A DNA stretch of 64,000 bases, taken from assembly GCA_977018835.1 (NCBI GenBank), contig OZ361256.1, forward strand, positions 2,480,001-2,544,000. The letters are read 5' to 3'. Under the pieces are notes generated by a model. The model was not told the origin of the DNA. It made no database searches and saw only the letters and a list, made by a program, of their open reading frames with translations. This document shows positions 54,387-64,000 of the stretch, piece after piece (position 1 is the first letter of the stretch; each line of letters opens with the position of its first letter). Position numbers and translations under genes: made by a program. The stretch is from Minutocellus sp. GHC0000111. Taxonomy: Eukaryota.

Positions 54387-55604
54387 ATGTCGTCGTCAAC
54401 AGTACCTTCAAGCACGACGAACCTCAGGGCCACGAAGGCATTACTGATATCTCTCGGCCTCTCTGTATTCCTTTGTCTGGTGGCTACCGGCCAACAGTAC
54501 TCGGCATTCCACATCCTCTCGACATTGTCACCGCCGATGCAGGTGCAACAGTATCGTGCTGCTACTAGTAAAGCCCCACCTGGACCAAATTCGACAACGA
54601 CTTTGAAAGAAGAAGCGACAACACACAACCATGCCGTTGACCCCCCGGCATTATCAGAACGACAAAATCAAACATATAATTTCACTGCAGCAGCATGCGT
54701 GGTCGTGAAGGACGCCGAGGCTTACTTTGAAGAATGGATAGACTATCATGTGGGGGCCATGAAGGTTGACCAGGTATATTTGTATGACCATTCAGTTGGG
54801 TTTGAATGGCAGCGCTGGTACATCAATTCGAGAGACGTTCCAATCTACAGCAGAACCGAAGTGATACACTACGAATTTACAGGGCGTAAGTATAACGAAG
54901 AGAAGGGAGCATACAATCAGAATGTGGTGTATAGAGACTGTGTGGACCGGTTTGGTAACGACGGCCCCAAGCATGATTACATGGCATTTTTCGATATCGA
55001 TGAATTTCTGGTCCCACAGGATGAGCGTTACTTCAGCATACACAGCATACTTGAAGAATATCTGCTGCCATACGGCGGAGCCTTGATTGTGAATTGGATG
55101 CTATTCGGGACGGCCAATAAGACTGCCTACTCTCCTGTGCCGGTTACCAAACGTTTTCAATATCGTGAAAGGGAACCTCACGGCATCATCAAAAGCATAG
55201 CCAAGACATCTGACTACAGGTCGCATAAGAATCCTCATTCGATAAAGCGTTTGGGCAATGCCACTGTTCGTACCACAAAGTGCCCAGGCTGCACCCACCA
55301 AGCAAGCGGTACAGGGGCGAGCGACCACGAACGCCCATCCAATGTAGCATTATTGTATCATTATCGCTACACCAGCACGAAGGAATACATTTTCAAGAGA
55401 TGCTTTCGAAGAAATTATTTAGGAAGCAGCAACTGGTGCAACAAAGAAGGCACAGGGTTGAAGGCAATTCCAGACGGTAAGGAACACATTCTTCCACAGC
55501 CAGGATCTGTTTACGATGATACTGCGTGGAAGTTATTGACCCAGCATGTACCAAAGTATCGTCTCTACGATGACTTTGGCTGGAAAGATTACAGTCGGCG
55601 GTAG
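54387..55604 (+). CDS. Glycosyltransferase family 92-like type II membrane protein
   Basis: N-terminal TM, CVVVKDAEAYFEEWIDYH, YLYDHS, YMAFFDIDEFL, NWMLFGT, LYHYRY. Confidence 0.82.
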   Translation: MSSSTVPSSTTNLRATKALLISLGLSVFLCLVATGQQYSAFHILSTLSPPMQVQQYRAATSKAPPGPNSTTTLKEEATTHNHAVDPPALSERQNQTYNFTAAACVVVKDAEAYFEEWIDYHVGAMKVDQVYLYDHSVGFEWQRWYINSRDVPIYSRTEVIHYEFTGRKYNEEKGAYNQNVVYRDCVDRFGNDGPKHDYMAFFDIDEFLVPQDERYFSIHSILEEYLLPYGGALIVNWMLFGTANKTAYSPVPVTKRFQYREREPHGIIKSIAKTSDYRSHKNPHSIKRLGNATVRTTKCPGCTHQASGTGASDHERPSNVALLYHYRYTSTKEYIFKRCFRRNYLGSSNWCNKEGTGLKAIPDGKEHILPQPGSVYDDTAWKLLTQHVPKYRLYDDFGWKDYSRR

Positions 55605-56058
55605 CATACATGTACGAGGATATAAATTATAGGCAAACCATTTATTTGCCGCGCCGATGGATAGTATAAGGAGTCGAGATGTAATATTTGATTTACGTAG
55701 CTTTATCATTGCATTTAAAAATCCGTTGGCCAAGTCACACTAGCTAGCCTGATCCCACGCTTCCCAGCGTCGACAGAGACCATGGCAGGTAAAAAGTATG
55801 ATAGGCTTTCAAACTGAATCCCACGCGTACACGAATGTATTAGCGTCAACAGAAATTCAATTGGCCACAGCTCTTCTTCTCTTGTGCTCCTAATATCAGT
55901 CGATCCCACGCTCATGTAGCGCCACAGAGAACGACTATTCAAATAAATGTATCATGCTCCAACAAATTCACGCTCCATCCCACGCACCCCGGCGTCAACA
56001 GAGACCAAGCGGAACAAAGTGAAACGTCATTCCTCCACAAACTTTATCTAGACTAGGC

Positions 56059-56697
56059 CTAGCTAGAGTAGCTCTTGGAGCTGCTCTTTCCAGCCTTACT
56101 GCCTCCCTTTCCAGAGCTTGAGCCCTTCGAAGATTTGCTCGATGACGAAGTCATGCTCGTGTCGGTATTCTTGGAAGTTTTGCTCTTCTTGCTACTCTTG
56201 CTGCCACTGCTGCTTCCGCCTCCTGTTCCACTCTTCTTCTTGCCACTGTCTCCGGTACCATTCTTCTTCTTATCACTGCGACCGCCATCGCTGCTCTTCT
56301 TCGTCTTCTTGTCATCGTGCGAATCACCAGTACCTCCACCGTACTTGTTGCCTCCACTGCCGCTACCGCCGCTGGATCCATGACCCTTGGAACTCTTGGA
56401 CCCTTCTCCCTTGGAGGACTTGGCAGTCTTGGAAGAAGATCCCTTGGCAGACTTGGACGACTTGGAGCTCTTGCTCTTCTTCTTGCCGAGCTGACGAGGC
56501 GTACGTTCGTGACGGTGGGCAGGAAGCTCAGCGAATTCGACATCTTGGCTATCACCAGCGGACGGCTGCTCGATGGCGTTGAAGAAGCCAGGAGCGACGC
56601 GACCCCCGCGGATGTTCTGAGCCTCAGCACCGAGAGAGAGGATGCAGGCCATAATGGCCACGGAGGCAAGTGCAGTGGGCGATGCGATACGAACCAT
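56059..56697 (-). CDS. Silaffin-like secreted Lys/Ser/Gly-rich protein
   Basis: Signal peptide, RQL site, then GKKKSKSSKSSKSAKGSSSK... with dense KxxK motifs. Confidence 0.75.
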   Translation of the reverse strand: MVRIASPTALASVAIMACILSLGAEAQNIRGGRVAPGFFNAIEQPSAGDSQDVEFAELPAHRHERTPRQLGKKKSKSSKSSKSAKGSSSKTAKSSKGEGSKSSKGHGSSGGSGSGGNKYGGGTGDSHDDKKTKKSSDGGRSDKKKNGTGDSGKKKSGTGGGSSSGSKSSKKSKTSKNTDTSMTSSSSKSSKGSSSGKGGSKAGKSSSKSYSS

Positions 56698-57223
56698 GTT
56701 TGCGTCTTTTCGTTGGATGAGAGGTGGAAACGGCACATCATGTGTGATACAAGTGTAATACGAGACGATCGGTCAAGGCGAGTTTCGTGAGCAATGGTAA
56801 AGAACGCACGGACAGCATAGCTGCAAGACACTGTGATTGTGGAAGCTCTGCACAACCAGCTCACGACAAATGATGGATTGGCGCCCTGCTCCTCCCTGCA
56901 ATACAGACCATCTGCTCATTTCACAACGACCAAAAACGAGACAAACCAATCTGACTCTGTCGAGATGACCAGCCGATCATGTGTTCCGCCGCAAATTAAT
57001 CCCTATCGTTCACAGGTGGAAGATAAGAGTTCTCCATACCTTGCTCACCTTACGTAGTCAATTCCTCTCAATGATTTCAGAACGAGAGTATCAACGCAAC
57101 AAATAATGAAACACCGAAATCCAACAGCAAAATCGGAGCAACCGCCACTTACGGGAAAAATCGAATTTCATCGCATTTCGTTCGGCCGGCTTGTTGTCGA
57201 GTGAGTCAAACCACTCGAGTGAG

Positions 57224-57967
57224 TCAAACCAGAGGCGCGCGAAGAACCAACCAAGCCAATCCGAGAGATTTGCGGCTGGCTCCATCTGCACTCATGCACA
57301 TATCAGTATGTAAAGCTCTATCAATGGCAATAATGGAATCCCTAGGAATTAGAGTAGTACCCTTGTGGTTATTGTTGCCACCTCCATTGCCACCGCTTCC
57401 ACCGCCACCGCCGCTCTTGTTGCTCTCACCAGTTTTTCCACCGTTATCGCCGCCGCCATTCCCACCAGATGCGTCGTTCTTCTTTTCACTATCATCCACG
57501 GCGGCCGAACCTCCCTTGGATCCGCCCTGTACACGGCAGAGTATTCACAAGACAAAGAATGCAGATTTGAGATGTTGCGGTTAATTGCCACCACTTACAT
57601 ATTGCAACAAACAACGCATCGGATGAATTTTTAATTCAAAAGGTCCAAGGAAAAGTAAAAGCAGATCTCTCTCATGGATGCAGTACCGGCATCTCACCTT
57701 TCCAGAAGAAGATCCCTTCGATCCTTTATTGGAACCGCTGGCACCCTTGGAACCTTTGGATCCTTTGGATGATTTCGATCCCTTGGACTTCTTCTTCTTG
57801 CCCAGCTGCCGATGGCGAGCTGCAGAGAGCTCAATGTCGTTCGTGTTGTCGTTGACATTCTTGGCGGCACCGACGCGAACTTGACGAGCCTCAACACCGT
57901 CGCCACTAAGGACGATACCAGCGACAGCGGCAAAAACGACAATGGCAGTTGACGAGAAACGAGTCAT
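57224..57967 (-). CDS. Second silaffin-like paralog; intron 57527-57697; C-terminus uncertain
   Basis: Signal peptide MTRFSSTAIVVFAAVAG, RHRQLGKKKKSKGSKSSKGSK, in-frame gtgag...acag intron leading into GGSKGGS..GGN-rich exon. Confidence 0.7.
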
Positions 57968-58614
57968 ATTATCTATATCTGGAACTCTGATATAATCGAG
58001 TGCGCTTCTCAACTTCACAACCAAGAGACGTGTTCTTCGCTCTGCATGTGTAGAAAAAGAGATGTGATGTGATGGATATTTTATTTTTGCAAAGAAAAAG
58101 CATGTGTGAGGCCGATTGCAGGTGCACAATATGCGACAAAAAGGTGGGAGCAGTGGAGAGGCTTTGGTATACATTCAAACTCTATTCAGCCCATTGCAAG
58201 AACGCCGGCCGCATGTTCTCCAGGACCTTATTCTCGAGCCCCAAAAGCATGCGATGCGGGCCCACCAAAATGGATTCATCATGAATTGTAGCTCTGCCAA
58301 CACCAGGAGGCCACGCGAATGTACGTGACGCCAAAGATCAGTTGGGGCTAAAACGGTTGCTATGCTGCAATGATCAAGCCTTACCTTCTTTATTGAATGA
58401 ATTGCCAGAGGGCTGGGGCAATATCATTCGAAGCCCCACGAACGATTGCGGTCACAAGTCACGCCCCCCTCCACAAATTTGGCTGCTTCCAAGATTTATG
58501 GTCGGCGAGGCCATGCACCTCGGCATTCCGCGCAGTTTCCGTTGAAGCTTGACACTTCGACTCGCTCGACTCGACTCGACCTACCAGCCCAGCCTCAATC
58601 CTCAATCAGCAACC

Positions 58615-59656
58615 ATGACGCTTCAAGCCGCGGTAGCAGGCGCCGCCGCCTCGGCGGCTAGTGCATCTTCGGCAGGATACAGCGCGATCGCGGCACCTCT
58701 TGCCGCTGCCATTATCCCCGCCACATTTGCACCACGACCAGCACAAGCCGCTGCCGCCAAAACATGCGCATCATCTGCCTCCACTTCCACCTCCACCTCC
58801 ACCGTCGGCAGCATCAGCAGCGAGCTCCTCGAGGCATGGTACTCCTCCGTCCCACAGTTCATGCGATTCGGCACGGCCGCCAGCCTCGGCAACATCTTCT
58901 TCTTTGCGGCCGACGTTGTCATCTACAAACACGTCGTGACCAAGCTCCTACCCCTCGAGGGTGAGGATGGTGCCGCGTCACCACCAATGGAATGGTTGCC
59001 CGACCTGTTCCATCGCAACAGGGAGAGTGTCAGCTTCTTTCTGGCGTATCTGGTCCAAATTTCGATACAGCATCTGCTCAATGCCTGGTTGGTGTACGGA
59101 CTGGACACCATATCGACGAGGGAAAAGTACTGGTCCACGCTGGGTGGCTCGTATGCTGCGTGAGTGATACAAGTATACAAGTATGCTTTGATTCGTTGAT
59201 TCAATTGTCACTGCTTTGATTATTTTTTGGAATTGCACCACCATCGATTTCTCATTCTATTCACAATTGCAACCTACTGCCATGCAATCATGCAGATACG
59301 CAACGACGCTGGTGGCGTCAACCATCATGAATGGGTATCTGCTAAGCCTCGGGTGGGACAAGAATGTGGCCTTCTGGGGAACCATATGCGGCTTTGGCGT
59401 CATCAATTATCTCTTATTGACGTTGGTAGTGACCGGAGACAATGATGATGGGGGCAAAGGTGGTGGTGGCGATATTAAGGCAAATAGAATACCACGTGGT
59501 GGTGGAGGTGGCGGCATCAATTCAAGAGCGGCGTTTGTGGGGAATGAAAGGAGAAGCAGGAGGATATGCTTCACATCGATTGACGACCTCGATTCCACGA
59601 GAGCAATGATCCCAGATGGTTGTATGGAAAATGCAGAGCGATCGACGATATCGTAA
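58615..59656 (+). CDS. Small multi-pass membrane protein (GtrA-like); intron 59160-59295
   Basis: QFMRFGTAASLGNIFFF, SFFLAY..QHLLNAWLVYG, INYLLL; the gtgagt...tgcag intron keeps the frame. Confidence 0.62.
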
Positions 59657-62461
59657 TACTGGTTCTATATTTTCCTTACTAATCTAAGCTAGCTATGGTT
59701 ACGAATCGTTGTCCTGCAAAGAAAGGAAAGGTTGAAAACAGAACAAAAACAAAATAAAACAAAACAACAGAAAGAAAAGCAAGACGATGAGATATATGCA
59801 TGATATCTCAGCACGGGGAAATTCGAATTGTCGCACTAGCATCTCCATTCCGTTGACAGCGTTGTTTAATTCATAAAAGAACATGAGTTCGGGTCGCCTC
59901 CAACGTGTAACTTCCAGAATCAGCTCCACCCCAACCTCCAATCAACAAACGAATGGCCCTTGAATTGAAAAAAATCCAAACGAACGGTATGGTGTCCATC
60001 GACGCACCTATCTTCAGCCAAGGTAGCCAGGCCAAGCATCTACCGGCGTAGGAGACCGGCATACAAAAATATCACATGGTATCGAACCGAATCGAGTCGA
60101 GTCGAAAGAAAGTGTTGAAAGAGAAAGGAGAGTAGAAGAGAAGGGGGTCAGAGCAATGCCACAGAGGGACTTACTATGCAAAGAGCAAGAACGAAGGAGG
60201 CGATCCCATCCACAATCAATGAACGAAAAATTGGATGGAAGATAGAAGTTGGCTCGTCGCAATGCGGATGCAGGAGGCGGAGGGCAGAGGACAGAGAGTG
60301 GAGGACGGAGGATGGAGGATGGAGGACGGAAGGAATCGATGACGAGGGATGTCCATAACGGAGAGCTGGATGCGAAGATCTTGACGAACAACGTAGGATG
60401 GATGGCGATGGCAAGGACTTGACTTGGTCGAGGAAGATTGTGCCTATTAAGACCGCTAACCGTTGCTACCGAACGGATAGCATACAGTAGTCCGGACTCT
60501 ATGGGTCATGGCAGGGACGTTTAGGACCAAACGTAAGTTGGCGATGTCTATGATTGGTTGAAGCCAGGGGCAGCCCTATGATGATGAGAAAATTGAATTG
60601 CCCAGCACCACAAAGCGCTCCCTGGAACATGAATGTTACGGTCCCATCAACGACTGCCACAGGACTTTGATGACGATGATTCGGGGGATGTTGATTGTGG
60701 ACTAGTTGGGATCACCATGGATGACGAGGAGGATGGGCGCGCCAGAGTACAAGAAGCGACATATCGTCACAACTGCATTGTTTCTCTAGCGACGTACGGG
60801 AAACACTCGTCGGCTGAAGCTTACCTAAAGGCCAAAGAAGGGATAGAAAGAGAGAGGGGGGGGGTGAGAGAATAATACCCAGTAAGATCAAGGAGGAGGG
60901 CTCCCAGTCACCACACTTGGGCGGGCTGTGACATAGTAGAACACACCCGATGATGAATGCCGCCGTTGTCCCCGCGGATGTACGAACGTCCCAACAAACG
61001 ATGCAGATAGGACTGCACTCCGCTAACAACCCAACAAGTGGTGTACGTAGGCAGAGGGCCACGGTCCAATACACACGGCAAAGAGCTGTTCCTGCCTGCC
61101 GAGTGGATCATTGAGACGTCAGAAATAATCCAGAGGGATTTCATCCGGGAACATAATCCAAACGATTTACATGTGGTCCCATGACAAAGTCAATAATGCA
61201 TCTTCGCCGCCGATCTTGATCCTCCACTATACTAGCAATTGCATCAGATTGTAGTCCGATTCCGCCCCGACGACCGCAATCCCCCATATAGACCAACGAA
61301 CTGTGCCACCATAGCACCATGCCACTTTTTTGACCAGCAATCCATCCAAAGTCAACGCAATACTTACAGGCCAAAGGCGCATCAAACAAGTCGAGTCAAA
61401 CAAGGCGAATCAAACGAGTCGAATCAAACAAGTCGAGGCGAGTCGAGTCGAACAAAAAGTTGCTTCCTACTCCAAGGAATCCCAGTCGTGCGATGCTGTG
61501 GTTAGGAACCTCCAGGAATGAAAAGACCGAGGGCACGAAGCCCACAGTAATTCGGATGAAACTTACCTATAGAAAGACACAGATACGCATTGATGAAAGA
61601 TGTCGGCAGCAGTGGAGCTGCCAATGGTCGCCGCTCGTTCGTCATTCTCGTTAGCTGATGACGATGCCAACCGTATCTTTTTGAAACGGCCGAATGTAGC
61701 AAATTGGACGACGTCGTCTGTCTCGATGATGTGCAAGAATATGTAAGGGATGGCAACCTCGCGTCGATGGAGGCCCGTGGTGTGTCCCTTCTCAATCAGA
61801 CTGGTGAATTGAGTCGCACAACCGCTGTCACTACTCTAGCAGAGGTAGCAATGACGGGAGCTCTTGCGGCGTCGTCGGCGGCACCAAGTGCAGTAGAGAA
61901 CATACGCCATGCATCTACCACGTCCCTTCGAATGGCCGACAGCCAGAGCCAGGCGCTCATTGCCACTCAGTATCTTACTGGTACCAAACCAAATGATCCG
62001 AACTGGTCTTTTTTTGATGAAACAAAGCTGAGCATCTCGTTTGGTTCGAGCGAGTCAAGTCTTTCATTTGGAACTTTCGGGAAACATACAGACTCACAAA
62101 AGGGGAAATGGAAAACCTCATTGGAAGTTTGCCTCCATGACGTCACGCCAATTGAGTGCATTTCTACGCAACGTACAAAATAGTAAGATATGGGGGAATA
62201 CTATTTATTTCTTAGGAAAGTTTTTACGGGGGGATACGGTTTGCCTATGGTTCGCACAATCGCTTGCCTGCGAACCATCCATCGATTTCTCTGACTCAGC
62301 GGCCGACCAACCGTGTCCATCGAACACATCAGACAGTGACGCATCGACCTGCACGCTGACCCGCACGCATCGCACCGCATTGCCACCCCACCCATCAGCT
62401 CACTTTTCAGTCTCTGCTACTCTTGCAACACCCTCTCTCCACCCCCAATACATATATAAAC

Positions 62462-63232
62462 ATGAAGCTCGCCATCCTCTCCGTTGCCGTCGCTGGTGCC
62501 GCCGCTGGTGCCGCCGCCTTCGCCCCTTCGGCCAATGTCGCTCCCGCCACCTCGGCTCTTCGCATGTCCGAGCCCGCCACCGAGACCGAGGCTCCCGCCG
62601 CCCCCGCCGTCGAGGGCGAGGCCGCCGCCATGCCCATGGCCGACCAGACCCAGGAGCTCAGCGCTGCCCCCGTCGTCCAGGCCCTCAACGGCTGGGTCCC
62701 CGACGAGTCCAAGCCCTGCCTCGGCCTTCCCGGCGCCTCCGCCCCCCTCGGATACTTCGACCCCCTCGGCTTCTGCAAGGGCCGCAACCTCGAGGGCGTC
62801 AAGCGCTTCCGTGAGGCCGAGGTCATGCACGGCCGCGTCGCCATGATGGCCACCGTCGGCTACCTCATCGGCGAGTCCACCCCCACCATCACCTACGGCA
62901 TGAACGTCCACCACACCATCGCCAACAACCAGATCCCCGAGGTCCCGGGAACCGTCCTCTTCCCCTTCTTCCTCGCCATCAACATTGCCGCGGCCCTCCG
63001 TGCCTCCGTCGGCTGGGTCGAGCCCGGCCTCGGTCCCCTCTTCACCCTCCGCGAGTCCTACTACCCCGGTGACCTCGGCCTCAAGCTCTTCAAGCCCACC
63101 GATGCCGAGAAGTTCGCCAACATGCAGACCAAGGAGCTCAACAACGGACGACTTGCCATGCTAGCGGCTGCAGGCATGTGTGTCCAGGAGCAGGTTAACG
63201 GCAAGGGTATCCTCGAGAACCTCGGATTTTAA
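62462..63232 (+). CDS. LHCX: Light-harvesting protein of the LHCX (LI818/LHCSR-related) clade
   Basis: Bipartite leader ...AAA-FAP, YFDPLG, FREAEVMHGRVAM, RASVGWVEP, YYPGD, MQTKELNNGRLAM; strong C-ending codon bias. Confidence 0.88.
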   Translation: MKLAILSVAVAGAAAGAAAFAPSANVAPATSALRMSEPATETEAPAAPAVEGEAAAMPMADQTQELSAAPVVQALNGWVPDESKPCLGLPGASAPLGYFDPLGFCKGRNLEGVKRFREAEVMHGRVAMMATVGYLIGESTPTITYGMNVHHTIANNQIPEVPGTVLFPFFLAINIAAALRASVGWVEPGLGPLFTLRESYYPGDLGLKLFKPTDAEKFANMQTKELNNGRLAMLAAAGMCVQEQVNGKGILENLGF

Positions 63233-63672
63233 GCAAAAAAATTCCGTCCGATTTGAGGAGAATTTTGTATTGTTCAGCTCGGGGTTGTCGTCCAACCTTG
63301 GAGAGGAGCAGTGCAGGGTAGCAATTTTGTAAACTATTAGTGCATAAATATTTCTATCAAATGAAGGATTCCTGTGTATACGTGATGTTTGCAGATGTTT
63401 GGTGTAGTATAGTACTTGGCCTGTTGCATAACGGTATGATTTGTTTTCTTTCCATTGCAGCAGATTTGTAAATTTTATCCTTGTTGCGGACGGGAGTAGA
63501 TTCTAAGATCTACTGGTGGCTTACCTCTGGACCCACAACTTTAGTTGGCGAGTGAGTCTACTCTTGATATACGAGTATACAACACAATGCTACATACATA
63601 ACCCTTCTAATAATATTACGATCGCTATGATGTACATGCTACATGCTACATACTACGCTCTCTATAAGACTG

Positions 63673-64000
63673 CTATCGCTTTGGAACATTGCCACTGGCG
63701 AATTGCGATGGGTCCGGCTGGACGGAAGCAGTTTTCCGTTCCTCTTCTACCGGCACAGCCGTGGCATCCTCCTCCTCACCTTCTTCATCAACCTCCTCCT
63801 CCTCTTCTTCCTCCTCATCAGGAGGCAAATCGGCACGACTGGCCGCCGTCGCAATAATCTCCTCGCACCTTTCGGCCGTCATGCCCACCTTGTCGACGTT
63901 GGACCAGAACACCTCCTCGGCCGCACGGTATACGGCCTCATCGGCTTGGTCGTAGTGTCCTTGAGACTGCTGCTGCTCTTGCAGCTCCTTTTCCTCCTCT
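63673..64000 (-). CDS. 3' end of a hypothetical protein entering from the right edge
   Basis: Open frame ..GHYDQADEAVYRAAEEVFWSNVDK..poly-E tail..NVPKR*. Confidence 0.55.
   Translation of the reverse strand, partial: EEEKELQEQQQSQGHYDQADEAVYRAAEEVFWSNVDKVGMTAERCEEIIATAASRADLPPDEEEEEEEEVDEEGEEEDATAVPVEEERKTASVQPDPSQFASGNVPKR

Noticed and set aside
59700..62200. Short ORFs, GGAGGAT and TCGAG/TCGAA micro-repeats, and hydrophobic fragments near 60712-61144
   Set aside because: No coherent reading frame or recognisable motif; may be a decayed gene, but I cannot support a call.

Overview
Gene-dense eukaryotic DNA with GT-AG introns, very probably from a diatom (LHCX protein with an AFAP plastid-targeting motif, silaffin-like RXL/KxxK proteins, 'RGLE'-type hypothetical proteins). 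There are about 28 host genes or gene fragments: FadH-like reductase, CAX, formamidase, gamma-tubulin, SPX-MFS, PhyH-like dioxygenase, alpha-kinase, two MFS transporters, a GST fragment, tafazzin, sulfotransferase, UXS, SUN protein, SMC5, myosin, GT92, two silaffin-like genes, LHCX and others. One ~8.5 kb tyrosine-recombinase (Ngaro/DIRS-type) retrotransposon with split direct repeats (20841-29341) has inserted into the tafazzin coding sequence. Main observations: (1) The element carries a TpA->CpA/TpG (A:T->G:C) hypermutation signature. About 1 kb has no TA dinucleotide, conserved Tyr residues read His/Cys, and 5 of 6 substitutions between its repeat copies are of this type. This suggests a repeat-directed mutator opposite in direction to fungal RIP. 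(2) An F-box-like protein carries a fused H3-like/H4-like histone doublet and sits head-to-head with SMC5. (3) Gene-disrupting lesions cluster in 5.9-29.3 kb; some may be assembly errors. All calls come from reading motifs by eye; no searches were run.
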